Shown here piece by piece: positions 1 to 14,190 of a DNA stretch of 64,000 bases (positions within the stretch are counted from its first letter, which is position 1; each line of letters opens with the position of its first letter). The stretch is taken from contig RSEE01000078.1 in the NCBI GenBank assembly GCA_003971905.1, forward strand, positions 1 through 64,000, written 5' to 3'. A model generated the notes under the pieces. It worked only from the letters and a program-made list of their open reading frames with translations, was not told the DNA's origin and made no database searches. The translations under genes and the position numbers were made by a program. Source of the DNA: Moniliella sp. 'wahieum'. Lineage: Eukaryota.

Positions 1-2842
1 TTGGTGGTACACGATAATGTAAGTAGACTTTCTCCAACTCCAATGGACCATCTCCCTCTGGTGTCCACGGGACCCGTGAGGAGTGTTTCATAGTAGGGTG
101 GACTGTCATATACGCAGCAAAATGCGTGGGCGTCGTTGGCATTAACATAATACTGCGTGCAAAGCAGTGTGCACTTCTTTCCTTTTGTTCGGCGTGTCCC
201 CCACTGCTGCTCATAATGACCCCAGTAAATGAGATAATAATCTCCCGAAGTTGTAGAAACCATCGGCACCACCGTGGCCGGCGTCGACTCCATCACACAA
301 CGAAATGAGGCGCCCGGATGAGGAAAACGGACGTCCAGATCCCTGCAGCTCAACTTAGGGCACACTTGGCTCAAGACCAAAGACCAGATATTTGAAGAAG
401 AGAGGAAAATCAGTATAGGGACTCTGTAACAGTCGGGGCTAAACGAGGGAGACCAAGGTCCTGTCAGATGCGGGGGGAAAGGCAAGATCGTTCGTGGGAG
501 AAACAGAAGGCATCAGGCAGAGAACAGAAGGAAGAGGGAAGGAAGAGCGAGAGACACAGGATGCAGAATTGAAAATTGGAGCGAGCTTAGTCATTCGGTG
601 ACAGACTCAAGCTCATGCACGGATCTCCTCAGCCATACGAAAGGGACTTGACCTTGGTCGCCCAAATCGAAGGAAGCATGATCCATTTAGGCGAAACGTA
701 CTTATGGGTTGTTTAGGCGAGCCAGCCCACAGTGACCCGTAACTTCACGCTCCCCTCACAAGGCGTGTCCCCACGCCGAATGAGAGAACATTTTATCACC
801 CCTCCGAAGGAGAAGGGCTTCAAGAACAAGTTGAAGGAAGCGACCATCAGTCGAATGTGCACCTCAGGGTACGCTACCCCTACTGAGACGAAGGAGCACA
901 CCCGCTTGCGAGCTTGGGCCCAATACTTCTCGGGATGTTGGATTGGAAGGCGACCTCGGCCGGTGACTCATCACCCAAATCTTTGGCTGGACCTAATCGT
1001 TTCCGACTCAGGAGCAAAGGAGACGAGGTATTGTGGAACTGGCGCCGATAGTAGCGAATGTACAAAATTGTCCACCAACATAGTGGTCCACGTAGGTCGT
1101 ACTAAATTCGTATAAGCATATATATATATGGGCGAAGGATTCAAGGGTGAAGAGTGGAGAGGAAAGTCGGGGGGAGAAACAAGGGTTGGGGGCTGTGAGG
1201 ACCACCACCAGCGAGCCTCGCACAGGGCTGCTTATATACCGTGTGTCACATCAAAACAGAAAGGATCAACAGAAAGAAAGGAATCTACAGTAGTAATGGG
1301 CAATATGCAGTCATGCCAACAGTTCAATAGCACCAACGAGCAAGTTGATCATACGTCGCTAGCGTTATTGATGTCCAGCCTCGGGTAAATCGTGATGGGC
1401 ATGAAGCAGGGTTGTTCTTCTGGAGAGGGGGGGGGCAGAGAAGAGACCAACAGGTCTACAGAATGTAAAGGGGAAACGAATCAAGGGTGGAGAAGTGTGC
1501 TGGACCAAGCACGAAAGGCATGAAGCAAGAAACGAGGCAAGGGTCAAGGGCAAAGCGGACCCGAGACGAGAACGAGGTGAGAGACCGAGTCGAATCCATA
1601 TGTAAAGTTTGGAGTTTAGACAAGTGCGAAGAGACGGAGAAGAGACAATTGTTTTGTGGGTTGTGTAGATAGGCCGAGAAACTCGTGAGTCATGAGATAT
1701 AGCGACTGCTATATAGCGAAAGATAGAGAACTTGAACATTGATACGGAAGAAGCCGAGAAAAGCGATAGAGACGATTAGGGTGTGGAGGTGGCTGTGCAA
1801 GGCAACTTAGTCGTCACCCCGTGACACTATACTCTTTGCAGCATCTCCATTGCGGTCTCGGTAATAGCTGGGTGGATCAGGGGTGGATCAGGGCGTCTCT
1901 ACAGTCCGACAAGACGGAGGCCACGCTGTCGCGCCGCCCCACCCTACCCTTGTTGTGTCTCACATACTCTCTGCGCTTACTGCGCTGGATACAGGGCAAG
2001 CCATGTCCCTTCGTACGTTGTCTTCACCGACTGAGGACTCTAACGCGCTCTGCAAGTGAAAGGTGTGCCACGACAGCACATGGTCTACCGTCACGCGTCA
2101 CGAAGCACAAGCCGGGCCAGTTATTCTGAGAGTGCACTCATCGGCTCTCCAACACAATCGTCATCAAACAACTAGAGAGATTCTGAAGAAGTTTAGATTT
2201 GGCTACAAGGAACTACATTAAGGGGACACGTTGAGTAAAGATGCACCAATAACTACATCAAGGTTAGCAAACTGCGGTGTGAGGAGTGGCCTTGGTCTAT
2301 CCACCGTTGTTCAGCCCTGACCTTGCCCGTCATCGCCTCAGCCCCAGGGCAAGGTTCATGTTGGCTGTTATAGTTTGGCTGATCTCGCTCACATTTCCAA
2401 TTTCTTTGCCCGAGAGCGCCTCGCTCTTTCCCTGTTCTTCCGCTTGGCACCATATCCCTGCTCTTATTGTTTCTTCCTCACGAACGCGATCGCTACATTC
2501 ATTGACTATATTAGTCTCGACTCTGGTCTCCCTCGCCTTAGGTCCGACGACCATGACAACGGCCTGAGCCACAAATCACTACAATATTCAGCCTGCGATT
2601 GAGAACAAGTCTTTATCTCTATCGTCTGATGGTATGGAACCACAAGGGACTCTCTTCCCCTTTTGACTATATAGAGCACATGGGGTGTTGTCCTGTGGAG
2701 GCGATCGGAAATGGGTGAAGGACAGGTACGTTACCACACCGCGTCCTTCTTGTTCTGATGCACATCTCATCTACTAGTATAGCAGCCTATTCATGTGCAA
2801 TTTCCACGGTGGCCGCTGGCCTGGTGTGAAGCGTGCGGGTGA

Positions 2843-2994
2843 TGCATGATAGTCTGGGCTGGCGTGTTAAAGTACCAGGGGCCTGGGACCCACACATGTG
2901 ATACGCGTCTGATGATCTGATGCATGATGTGATGAAGTCCATCCACACCATGTATCATGCATGTGGTATGATATATGATGCATGATACATGATA
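2843..2994. repeat. Cluster of nnTNAnn heptamer arrays (CATGATG/TATGATA type)
   Basis: For example taTGAta-taTGAtg-caTGAta-caTGAta at 2967-2994; tgatgcatgat at about 2840 and 2918. Confidence 0.8.
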
Positions 2995-4385
2995 CACGAG
3001 GAAGTGCTATCGGATGACATTCTTAGTGCCTTCGCAGTCTTCACTTGCTTCTGTTGGAGGGGTAATGCTGGGGTTCCCTTGCACGGCACTCGGTGGATGG
3101 GTGACGCTCACTTACCGGGCGGAAGAGTTCCGCTCGCAGGGCGCGCGCGCCCTGCTCGCCTCATCTCCCTTCTCTCTCTCCTGTCTCCGTCCCTTCAATT
3201 CAGATGTGTTGCTTGAACTTTGCCTTCACGCCTTGTCTGAAGGCTGCATTGCAGCGGATCCATAGGATCGCGAGTGCTCCCAAGTCGCACTCTATAGCAG
3301 GTTCGTCTGCTTCGCTCTGTCAACATCTATCCCAGTGCGATGGGGCTTAGACAGAAGGGGGTTACCGAAAAGGGGCCAACCAACAGTCAGCATCCTCGAT
3401 TGGTGGGGATCCTTTCCACCTTCCGTTCTCGTCCCTCCTTCCCGCCTTTCCTGTCCAACTCCTGAACGTTTCCAGCCAAAATTGATTCAGTAATACAGGC
3501 AACCTCTCGTCTCCACTTGGCTGCATCATCTTCATCATCCAACCTCGTCCTCCAGCTTTCCATCTGCCCAGTCGCGCGAGCCTTCCATCAGCCGCGTCGG
3601 TTCTCCATACCACAGCATGTCGCGTGGGTTCCTTTGACAACCATGCCATCATGCCTCAGGCCTGGCAGCCTGGCAGTGTCTGTCCGCTCCACTGCATCTA
3701 CCGTCTCTCAGCCCCGGAGGCTTCAGACACGTTACTACCCTCCAGCCGGCGTATACGCAGCCTTGCCACGCGTGCAGCCGCCTCGGCTTCACGCCCAAAG
3801 GCTTCTCCTCCTCGCTCGGATAGCCCAAGCTCGAAACTACCGTGAGCCGTCTTTCACGTAAGGGACTGTCCCCACCAATGAGTGAGCCCCCTGGCAGGGC
3901 CCGCCTGCGACAGGGTCGTCGTAATTCACGTTACATGGATCGAGCCCGCCACCTCTGGACCATCGATATCCTTACTCCATCCTTCCACCAATCCCCTTTG
4001 TCCCCCCTCTCTTCTTGTCCTCCCCCCCCTCTTCTTGTCCTTCCTCCCCCACCTTATTTTTGTCGCAAAGACCCCAATTGCTTTCCACATCTCCTCCTGC
4101 TCCACCGCTCCGCGGTAGCCTTGTAGCCAGGTCGACGGCCGTGGGGGCACAAACGTGGGAGTGGATTGAAGGGGCACCGTGTGCCAGTGTGGTCGTTGGT
4201 GCCGCAATGGGGGCACCGGCGGTGAGTACGGGTAGGGGCATTTTAAGGGAGTGGAGGGACGCGTCGACGCGACTCTGCCATATGCCCCATAGTTGGCGCA
4301 GCCAGCCCCCAGCCGTCACGTGCAGGTCGGCGGGCAGTAGGGTTGTTGGCACTTTTCTTTGCACCCTCGCATATGGAACTAAAAG
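2995..4385 (-). repeat. Dispersed repeat, copy A (degenerate gene or transposon-derived)
   Basis: Near-identical to 14874-15975 from 'gaagtgctatcggatgacattcttag' through 'ggggcattttaagggagtggagggacgcgtcgacgcg...catatgg'. It carries a segment of about 3850-4120 that copy B lacks. A broken minus-strand frame begins MPLPVLTAGAPIA. No TIR, LTR or catalytic domain recognised. Confidence 0.85.
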
Positions 4386-4950
4386 ATGATGCATGATGCA
4401 TGATGCATGATGTTCGATGGTCGAGATTGTCGATGATGGAATCGATGAAGGGAACCCGTCACGCGTCACGCGTCACGCGTCACGGTAACGCGTGACACAC
4501 GGTGTGTGACTAGTGACTTCGGGATGACAGGTGACCGGTGACTTCGGGATCAGTGGTCAGTGGTCACTCCGGTCACTGGTCACCGGTCACCCTCATTGAA
4601 TCCTCAGTACCCTCGGTACCTGAGTACTGCCCCTTGGCCTGAGGCCTGAGGGCCTGCGTGCTGAGGCGCTGAGGCTGAGTACGAGTATTCACATTCACAT
4701 ATTCACATGTCGCATCCCGCTCCATCCGCGCCACGCCACGGCCACACGGGCGTAGTAGCGAACGCACCGACAGCTGCCGCGCTGACGCACCGACGGCTGA
4801 CGCGCTGGCATGTGACATGTGACATGTGACTCACAGCAGGTTTTGGCCACCGCCTGTATCTGCCCGGGTCAGGTCAGACTCGGATCTCAGAGTATACTCT
4901 CAGTACCTTCTCAGTCCTCTCCGTGCTCAGGCTGACCTCAGCGCTACTCG
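4385..4950. repeat. Dense field of nnTNAnn heptamer arrays
   Basis: gaTGAtg(caTGAtg)x3 at 4385-4412, (cgTCAcg)x4 at 4457-4484, plus ggTGAcc, ccTGAgg and tgTGAca arrays. Confidence 0.9.
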
Positions 4951-6327
4951 GTAGTGGTCCTACCGCCATCTCCCCTCTTTTGACCAACCGCTGCGGACTA
5001 GGGCATCCTCCTCTCCTCCCCTGGACTTGGCTGTGAGTGGACTGTGTGAGCAGTCACCAGATCAACAGAGTACAGACTCGCGACGCCAGGCGATGCCCCT
5101 TCTTGGCAAATAGGAGCCAAACGAAGGTGACAACTACATAGCGTTCGAGCAAATTTTGCGGCTTTTTTCACAGTCCCATTTGTTCACCGAGGGCCGCGGG
5201 GGGAAATGGACCGAAAGAGCAGTTGCACCGTGGCTGCTGTAAGTAGCACCGCCCTAGTTATAGAGGTTTGGTCTGTACTTAGTGTGGCCTGCGCCCCCTC
5301 CACATGGCGCCCCCACTCTGGTCCAATTGTAAGCCGCGCGCGTAGGAGACACCTCTGGCGCAGTCCTCTCTGTTCTTCGTTACCGCCCCCACCTCTTTGC
5401 TCAACTCGTTACTTCGTTCTCGCTTATCTCCTTTTGGTAGCTCTGACCGCGCTGTCTGCCTGCCGCAGTACGTCGCTACATGGCCGCGGTAAGATGAGGT
5501 ATGTGCAGCTGGGACCAACGTGAGTTGGAAAATACCCCTGTTGGATCGTTGGTTGTCTTGTTTCAGTAGGAAAAGAGGTGAGAACGGAGAGGCCGGAGAG
5601 GGGGAGACGGTAAGGCACTGATATAACCAAGGGAAGATGGCGGGGGTTGAGCCCGGAAGTGGATGGTAGGGATCATCTCGAAGTCTCGTGATATGGCATA
5701 GCAAGATAGCAGAAAGCATGTTATACAGGAGAACGATAGTGGTACCAGAAAACGTATGGTAAGATATATGAAAAAGGTCGATCAATGCCCGAAGAGAATA
5801 TGAACCGAGCCGTGCCGCACTAGCGGTAGCAGCGGGCGATTCGAAGCAAGTGCCAAATAGATTAAGATATGATGCTGACCATTGCATGGCGTCGGACCAA
5901 ATGTTCTCACGATAGTACGGACAAGGCATAACGAGATTGGGTTTGGTTGGCTAGTGCGTTTTGGGGGCCGATGCACGGGTGTACGAGCATAGCCAGGCGG
6001 GGAGAGCAATGATAACAAAATATTCGTAGTGGCAGAGGGGCGTAGTGCCAGTTCAGACTGAGCGGTCGGTGAAGGTAGGATCCAAGGGAGAGAGATGGAA
6101 ATGGTGTGTGTGGCGATTGCGATTCGCCACAGGAAGCCGAGACGAGCCAACTACCTCCATTACTGGATATGAAGTTGAAGTGCTGCCATCAGCCCGGACG
6201 GTAGGAAGAATACTCGCGTGGGTTGGGATGAAGAGAGCGCGGGCCAAAGGAAGAAGGCGTGTAAGCCTCAACGGGGCGGTCAAAGGACGCAGCCGATGAG
6301 GTTGACGGGGGCATTTCCCTCGCCGAT

Positions 6328-8605
6328 CTAGGCCAGGGTGGAGTGGCCCCTGCTCCTGCCCCTGCTCCTGCCCCTGCCCCTGCCCCTACCTTGTCGGGGA
6401 TGCTGATCGCGGACAAAGGCCGAGACCGACCGAGGGGATCGTACATCCCTCGGTCGCCGGCCCCGGACCGAGTTGTACCCCCCGTCGTACGGATCGGGGG
6501 GATTGGACGACGGAGGATGAGAGGTGGTACGAATACCTTCCCCATACCTCATACCCATCTCAGGCGGATACCTGGCTCCATGTCGAACTCTTCTCGAGCG
6601 GGGTGGGGAGCATCAGGAGACGGAGGGGCAGGATGGGTGTCAAATGGGTGCAGCACGGTGTGTCCGTGATAATACTCGCGGGGCATCGGAGGCGGTGGTG
6701 GGTCGCCATGCCCAGGCAGATTGCTTCGCGCGTAGTTCTGGGAGAGGGAACGAGAGGTGTATCTCTAAAGCGGAAAGATGAAGAATCCGCGCTTTTCCTT
6801 TGTTCCTCACCCCTGGAAGCGTGGGGAGGAATGTAGATACCCGTGAGACCATGAACCGGTGGCGGGTATCTGGAAGGCACTGGGCTCGAACCTGCCCTAA
6901 TACGGTTTCGTCCCACGTCGGCATCCGTCCATGAAGGTGGGTACTCTCCTGGGCCGGGCAGTGGCGGAGCAGGGCGTTCGCGTGACCACCCAGAGGTGGA
7001 AAGGGGGCCATGTTCTGCCGACGGACTGCCGACAATGGTGCTCTCGGGGCCCGGGGCACTGATCGGCCGCGTCGAATCAGGGCGCGCCTGGAGTGCCATA
7101 CGTAGCCGATCGTTCTCCCATAGTAGCTTGTCCCGCTCCTTCTTCACATCTGCAATGTGGTCGATGGCTATAAGAGACAGAAAAGAGAAAAACGCAGGTC
7201 AGTAATCTGGTGGTTAACTCGCGTACAAATGAGAGATCCACCACCACGTCGGCGGTGCACCACCCATTCTCGCCGGGGTTACCATGATTACCGCTCCCCC
7301 TGAAAGTGCCTGTGGCCAGAGGTGTGGCCAGAGGCTAAAGCACTGTAAAATGCCATGCCCCGAGCTGGGAACCGTGAGAAAGACGTAAGGGAATACGAGC
7401 AACAGCACGCATCAGGGTGCAGCCGAGCGCCAGCAAATGAGACAGTCTTGTCAACTATCCAATCTGGCTAGAAAGGCGAACAAATAGCGGCGGCACGGGA
7501 AGAGAGGGGGGGGGGACCGTGGTAACCTCAGTCGACTTTGGTGAAGCACCGCCTAGAATAAAAGTAATGTTGTGACTGTGGCGGATGGGTCTGACAAGGG
7601 AGAAGTATAGGCAGGGAAGGAAGAGAGGACTCACCTCGTGTTAAGATTTCCCACTTGCTGGTACGGGTACCATGGTCGTCTGGCAATTGGTTGCGCAGGT
7701 CCTCGAATAGCTCTTTCATTTCTTTCCGTCGTTTGCGTTCGGCTAGCTTGTGATTCATCCGCAGCTCGGGGAGCGGGAGGTGGCATACGAATCCACCATT
7801 TCCCCGCTTACCTCGGGGGATTGGTCGTCCGGCCTTACTCCTCTCGGCTGCTCTACCATCCCCACCGCACGACGGGAAGAATCCGATTCAGAGATGGGTC
7901 GGTCCGAAGGGGTAGGGAGGAGCAGATGCGTGGATGAACCGTGGGACGGCATGGAAGGCAGATGCTCTTCTTTCATACGAAGTGGGGGAGGGAAATCCCC
8001 TCCCACGCGCTCTTGCGCCGATGGCCGTGGAGGTGTGGCCCGCTGCTCCGTCAAAGGAAGGGATGAGGTCGCGGAAGGTCCGAAGCGGGCTGTGTCGGTA
8101 GGCTGGTGGCTGCCGCCGGATCGAGAATGGAAACCGAGGTGATCGTGGCGTGGGGGTGGTAAAGAGTTGTCACTGTTGGACGGCCGCCGATACCGGTCGC
8201 CTCGGCTGGTATTTTGTGGTGTGGGGACAGCACCAGGGCGATGGCCATAGCCAACCCGATAATCCGATGAAGGGTCATAGGAGGGGGAGACTGCTTCAGC
8301 GCCAGGGACTAAGGTGGATGTTGACGTTGTCGGTGGAGCGAAGCCATAAGCTGGGTTGTGTGTTGTGGAGAGGGGCCAACCTCGCGCTCAGCCCCAGCCC
8401 ACCTTGCGTCACGCCGCGTCCAAGTCGGAGCGGACGGAGGATGGAATGTGGGACGCATGGGAGGGAGGGAGAAAGATGGAAGATGACGAGGGCCGGGGTC
8501 GGGGGGCAACGCACCCGGGCCAAGCCTGGGACTGTGGCTAGAAGGAATGGGGGTTGACGTAGGTGCATGCGAGAAGCCTGCCGTACGCGGATCAAGGTTA
8601 GGCAT
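6328..8605 (-). CDS. bHLH transcription factor
   Basis: SRSP(E)LRMNHKLAERKRRKEMKELFEDLRNQLP...TSKWEILTR|AIDHIADVKKERDKL is restored by a GTGAGT...TTACTGAC...TAG intron at 7634-7168. Pro/Ser-rich N-terminus from the ATG at 8605. Several frameshifts; the 3' end is uncertain (6560, 6328 or 6189). Confidence 0.85.
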
Positions 8606-8959
8606 GCGTCGACGGGGGAGGGAGGAGGATATGCGGCGGGCGGAGAGTTGCCTGCGGGGCGCTTTTAGCAGGCATGGCGGGCCGCAGTGTGCGCAACCAC
8701 GGAACAGAAGTCGAGTGCGACTGCCCGTGGTGCTGAGGGGGAAAGGCTAGGGAGGAGAGGGACGGAAGAGGAGAGGGAGGGAGGAAGAGGGGGACGAAAG
8801 AGGAGGGGGAGGGAGGGGGAGGGGGACGGAGGTGGTGGTGGCGGCGGCGGCGATGGCGGTGGAGGTGGAGTGGCAGTGGGTGTGAGGATGTATCGCGCTG
8901 GATGCTGGGGTGGGGTAAGGTGCTGTGGGCGCTGGAAGACCAGCTGCTGGGCGCAGCGT

Positions 8960-11900
8960 GCTCAGTTGAACGTTGAACGTTGAACGGTCAGCGGTCAGCG
9001 CCAGCGCTCAGCCGCTCAGCGCGTCAACGCGTCAGGCTCCGCCGCTCAGGCTTCTGGCTTCTGGCCTCAAAGCTTCAGGCCCACCAGCCTCAGGCTCAGC
9101 CGTTCACTGGGTACGAAGCTTGAAGTATAGTATGCCAGTGGCAAGGTGACACATGTGACATGTGACCGGTGACCGATTGCAGTCACTAGTCACCGACCAG
9201 TCCGCACTGTCGATGGTTTATGATCGATGATATCACCCAGGGATCAAAGGAAGCTGAAAGTACGCGCTGAACGTTGGCTGAAGCGCTGAAGGTTGACGTT
9301 GAGGAGCTTGAAGCTTGAAGCTTGACGCTTGAGAGCTTGAGGGCTGGTGCTGCGCTTATGCGCTGATGCATGATGAACTTGACACAACTAGCTTTGAAAT
9401 GCGAAGTATCTAGTGAGTACCGAGTACCGAGTGAGTAGTACGATTGAGTAGTACTATTGAGTAGTACTAGCACGCTAGTGAGAATATTCCAACAGTAAAG
9501 CTGGTAACAAAAAGTAACCCAGTAACATGATGCATGAGTAACACATAACGCCTGAGGCCTGAGGTCTAAGATCTAAGCCCCAAGGGCCTAAAGAAAACCC
9601 AAGCCTGCAGACCAAGGAAAAACGGGTCATTAATTATTCAATTGTACTGACCGGTGACCGGCAACCGGTAACATGAACAGCCAACCGATATTCGGTAGCT
9701 GGTAACTGGCAACCAGTAACCGCGGATCGGGGATTAATTCGATTAATATTAGTCCTAAAGCTTAAAGCTTAAAGCCTAGCGAGCGCTTAAAGCTTACAAC
9801 TTAAAGTGAGGAAGATTGAATCGAGACACTTGTAGCATGCATGATGCATGACGCGTGACGGTAAACGTGAGACGCGTGACGCGTGACATGAGGCAGTGCC
9901 AAGCGCTGTTTAATGCGCTAATGCGCTAATGCGCGAAGCGCTAAGCGCTAATGCCCGAATGGTTGCGGCGTCTGTCTGATGTTGACGCCTGTTGGCGCTT
10001 GGAGCGACCCCTGGGAACGCGTGAGCCCATGCCCACGGACTAGATAGCGGGGGCCGGTAGATTGGCAGAACGACGAAGGTGGAGATCGGAGACCTGGAGG
10101 CCAGGCCAGGTGGGCTGCCGGTGTGTGTACCGAGTACGTATAGTGTCGCCGTTGGACATTGGACGTTGGATGTCGGGCTGTGGTGTAAACTCGGGTCCGG
10201 TGCCGGGGACGTGGCTGGCAGCCTCCGCAGCCTCCGCTGCTGATCAGGCGGGCAGGCCACGTGTCCATTGCATCATGTCATCAATCCTCGATCCTCGGCA
10301 TTCGACACTCCCCCAAAATTGGGCCGGGCTCAAGATGCCCCTTTGAGATCTGAGGATCTGAAGGCCAGACCAGACCAGACCAGACCAGCCAGGCCCCAGG
10401 GGCTGCCAAGAGCAGAGGCACAGCAGGAGTCATTTCCAGTTTGAAAAAATCCCCAAGCTGGATAGCGAGCGCCACACGCGGACAATTTTCAATCGGCTAT
10501 TTCACGCGTCACACGTCACGCGTCACGTCACACGTCATGCTCATTCATCGATCATCGTGAGCGCGTGAGCTTCATGTTCCAAGCGCCAAGCCAACTTCAG
10601 TTGTGTCCATGTTTGACATGATGCATGACACTATCACAGTGACACATTCTATGTGACTGGTGTCGCGTGATCTGGCACCCATAACATGCATGACATGGAC
10701 ACCGACGACGTCGTCCACGTTCAACTTCACCTGCTATCCGTTCGCTTCCGTTCTCTTTTCCCCATCGGCTGGCCCGATGCGGCCGCAGTCAGTCATCAGC
10801 GTATCAACGGCTCAAAACCTTGGATGTGCTTTGGGCCAGGGGTCCTGCGGCGCCCCCTGAGGCTGGCGCTTCCCACAAGTAGGTCCCGAGTACTTGTCAC
10901 CGGGTCACCTGGCCGGTCACCGGTCTCGGCGCCACTTCGGCACCCTTCCGAACGCAACATACCATACACTGAGCACTCCTATGTACTGACTTGTACACCG
11001 ATCGATGTTCCGAAGCGTCCGACAGGCCACCAGAGGGCAGAGCCGGGTAGGACATCGCATCATGCATCATGCATCATGAATTGAATGAATGAAGCTGAAA
11101 TCTCAGGTCTGAGATTGATAACTTCGATATAAAACTCGATAACTATGTGCATGTTGTCGATGAACTTAACCTGGGTGTGACGAGTGACTGGTCCCGTCCC
11201 GAAACGAGGGAGAGGGAATTATTAATTAGGCCTTAGGCCTTAGGGAACCCTGTTGTCCCTGCCGTGACGCGTGACGCGTGATCCCCGGGTCGGCAGACAT
11301 AGAATGGCTTATTGAATCGGAACTTAGCACAGCAGGGCACAGCTGGCACAGCTCCAATGTCGCTTGTTAATATGTTATGCATGTTAATCTTCAAGCTTCG
11401 TGACGCGCGTACGCGTGGCGCGTGGCCGAAGTGACAGGGATTAAATACCAACGCTTAGTCACTCGCTGGTCCCTGGCTGGTTTGCTGGCTCAGCGGATTG
11501 GTCGTTGAACGGGTTGAATTTGACACCTTCAGATGTTCACATGATCATCGGATCACCAGTCCGTCTCCGCCAGCGAGATGGCGTCACATGTCACATGTGA
11601 TTGCCCGCGTCACACGTCAGGCCTCAGGCGCGTCAGGCCGCGCATCAGGCCCACAGGCCTCTCAGCCCATCGTGGAATCGCAAGTCACAATGGCATGTAT
11701 TGTCAAGCTTCAAACTTCAATCTTCAAGCTTCAAGTGAAGCTTCAGTTCCGAAAAGTTCCGCAAGGTTCGGAAGCGAGCGGCCCGCGGAGGCGCGGAAGA
11801 GTTTCAGACAGACGCCTGTATGTATTAGCAATCGCTTCTCGTAATTCCACCTTCCGATTTCCAACCTTCAACGTGCGTGTCCCACGCGATCCCCCGAGCC

Positions 11901-14190
11901 CCCACCCCAGTTGCTGTTGGAAATTTACCGATAACCTATGAATGATTCATGCACGTAGGGACGTATAGAGTTCGGAGGTACGCTGCCACATGTGCGCCTG
12001 TTTTTGTTTGGCATCATGTGGATCATGCATCAAAGTGCAACAGGCCAGTCTGTTGGGGGACAGAGACCACAGCCCAGTGCACGCGTACCAGCGCGTGGCC
12101 GAAAGCGCTTGGAATATGGATCCCACGCCTCTTCTAACAACACATGGAACAAGGGAACATGCATTGGTACAGAGGACCAAGTTACTGATGTACTGTGACA
12201 CATGTGACATGTGGCATGTGATGTCCTGAACCTCGAAGCTTGACATGTTTGACAGCTCAGGCTGAGCGACGTTACTCGCTCATGCGTCACGCGTCACTAG
12301 TCACTAGTCACTGTGACCACGCCACGATATGACCATGTCACGTGATGAACGTGGCAGCTTCCCTGAGATCTGCGATGCGGCGCCCACGGAGGCATCGGAC
12401 TCCAGAAGATTGATTCTTCCTGAGGCCTGACGTTGAAGCAGGCTTCAATCTTCTGAGCGCTGAGCCTCAGTGCTGAAGAAGGGCTGACACTGTGCCGAAG
12501 CACTTAAATGCATAATGGGGTCTAGGCGTGGCACCTCGGGAAGCGGCACAAAAGGATCAGCCAGCCCCGGTGTTGCGCACACTGCGGGATCGGACGCGTG
12601 ATGCCGAATCGCACCCACTCAAGTATAACCCTTGCTAATGCCAATGCTTCAGTGGCCTTGGCCATCGAGGCCATCCAGGGTCGGTGGCCAAAGGGCTGTG
12701 CTGTTGCTTGTAACGAAGGCTACCAATTAGGCGCTTGGCCATTCCCACGCTGTTTGGGGTGCTGAGGCACTCACAGCATTCTCGCTGGACTAACTAACCC
12801 ACCTCTGTCACACGTATCACGCCTGTCGTACTATGATTTTGGTGAGACCCTCAGGAAGGAGAAGCGCAATCATAAAGGGTCATCGGCCGGTCATCGACTC
12901 ATCATGCATCAGGCCGGAGCCTCAGGACTCCAGGTCTCATCGATCATCATGCATCACTAGTCACTAGTCACTGCCGTGGGCCTTTCTCGGACGATCGCAG
13001 AGCATCGAGCATCGGAACCTCAGGCCAAGGTTATATTACCGGTTACCACGCCTGATACCACATGCCCCGCATATGCCGTTCCTCTTTGTTATGACGAGGG
13101 CTGTCGGCGAAGGCTCGGTGCGTATATTTACGCCACCTGGACGCCACCCATCAGCGTCATCACGGTCTGTTCTGCGTCGCATATCACATGTGACACACAT
13201 GTGAAATGGGTCACTAGTCACTGGTCGCTGTCATAGTCACGAGCTTCAAGCTGCAGGCTTCGCTGCCCCCCACATCTGTAGCCCCCCTCCTCCCCCCGAC
13301 CAGCCATCAGCCGCAAATCCCACACTCATCGGCGACTAATGACGTTAGTGACAGAGGCACCTGCACACTTCACATTTCACCGCAACACCGCGACCCCTCG
13401 GCCGAAAGCCAATTGTTAAACGTTAGTCATCGAAACGGGCATGCTGCATCGCAAGTGGAGCTGCTAGAGAAACTGTTACTGTTACGCACACGTGAACGCG
13501 CCACATGGGCACGCTACATGTGTTCCACACGATCGCCGGAGCGTCGGAGAATGAGTTCTTCATGAGGTTCCGAGGCAGACGGTCGGGTAGAATGGATCAT
13601 AATCCGGTAACCGGGGGTAACGGTAACCGTCGTTGACCGGTAACGTGGTTCTAACCTACCTGCTTCTGGTAGGAAGTACTCTGAGGTATCTGGAGGCCTT
13701 GAGCGCCTGCGCCCGCTATGATACACCAAGTGATGCTAGTGATGCTAGTGATGCATGTAACATGTAACGCCTGAAAGGCTCAAGGCCTGGTGCACCTGAT
13801 GAGGCGCTGTGCGCAGATATTCGAACCCGTCAGATCTCAGACTAGATTGAACACACAAGGGGCTGTTATTTATGCAACTGGCACCGGCTGATTGTAAATA
13901 GGTGTCGGGGAGTTGGTGCGCCAGGGTCGCCAGTTGGACATCGGGCTGGACCTGGACGGACATATGTTGCAGCCTGGCACAGCAGGGCACAGCTCGCATA
14001 CCAGCACGGTTAAGTAACCGGTGTTTAATAGTGAAACGCACGGTTACCAATATGGCTGATGTGTGCTTCTGGATCTTGTCTGTACTCAAAACATAGTACT
14101 CAGCACAGACCTAGAATTTAGAAAGGGCTGATGAAGACTCAGACTGAGAGTACTCAGACTGGGTTTACTAGTTACTGAGGATCAGTGCGT
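8960..14190. repeat. Long field of nnTNAnn heptamer arrays upstream of the bHLH gene
   Basis: Arrays at 8965-8999, 9145-9174, 9754-9774, 9840-9860, 9917-9931, 11224-11244, 12285-12312, 12452-12465, 12945-12972, 13729-13769 and many more. No credible CDS. Confidence 0.9.

Noticed and set aside
8960..14190. Arrays as selected binding sites for one transcription factor (bZIP, MCB or E-box)
   Set aside because: Fifteen different spacers and four cores occur. A single factor would not require the spacer to be a palindrome that matches the flank.
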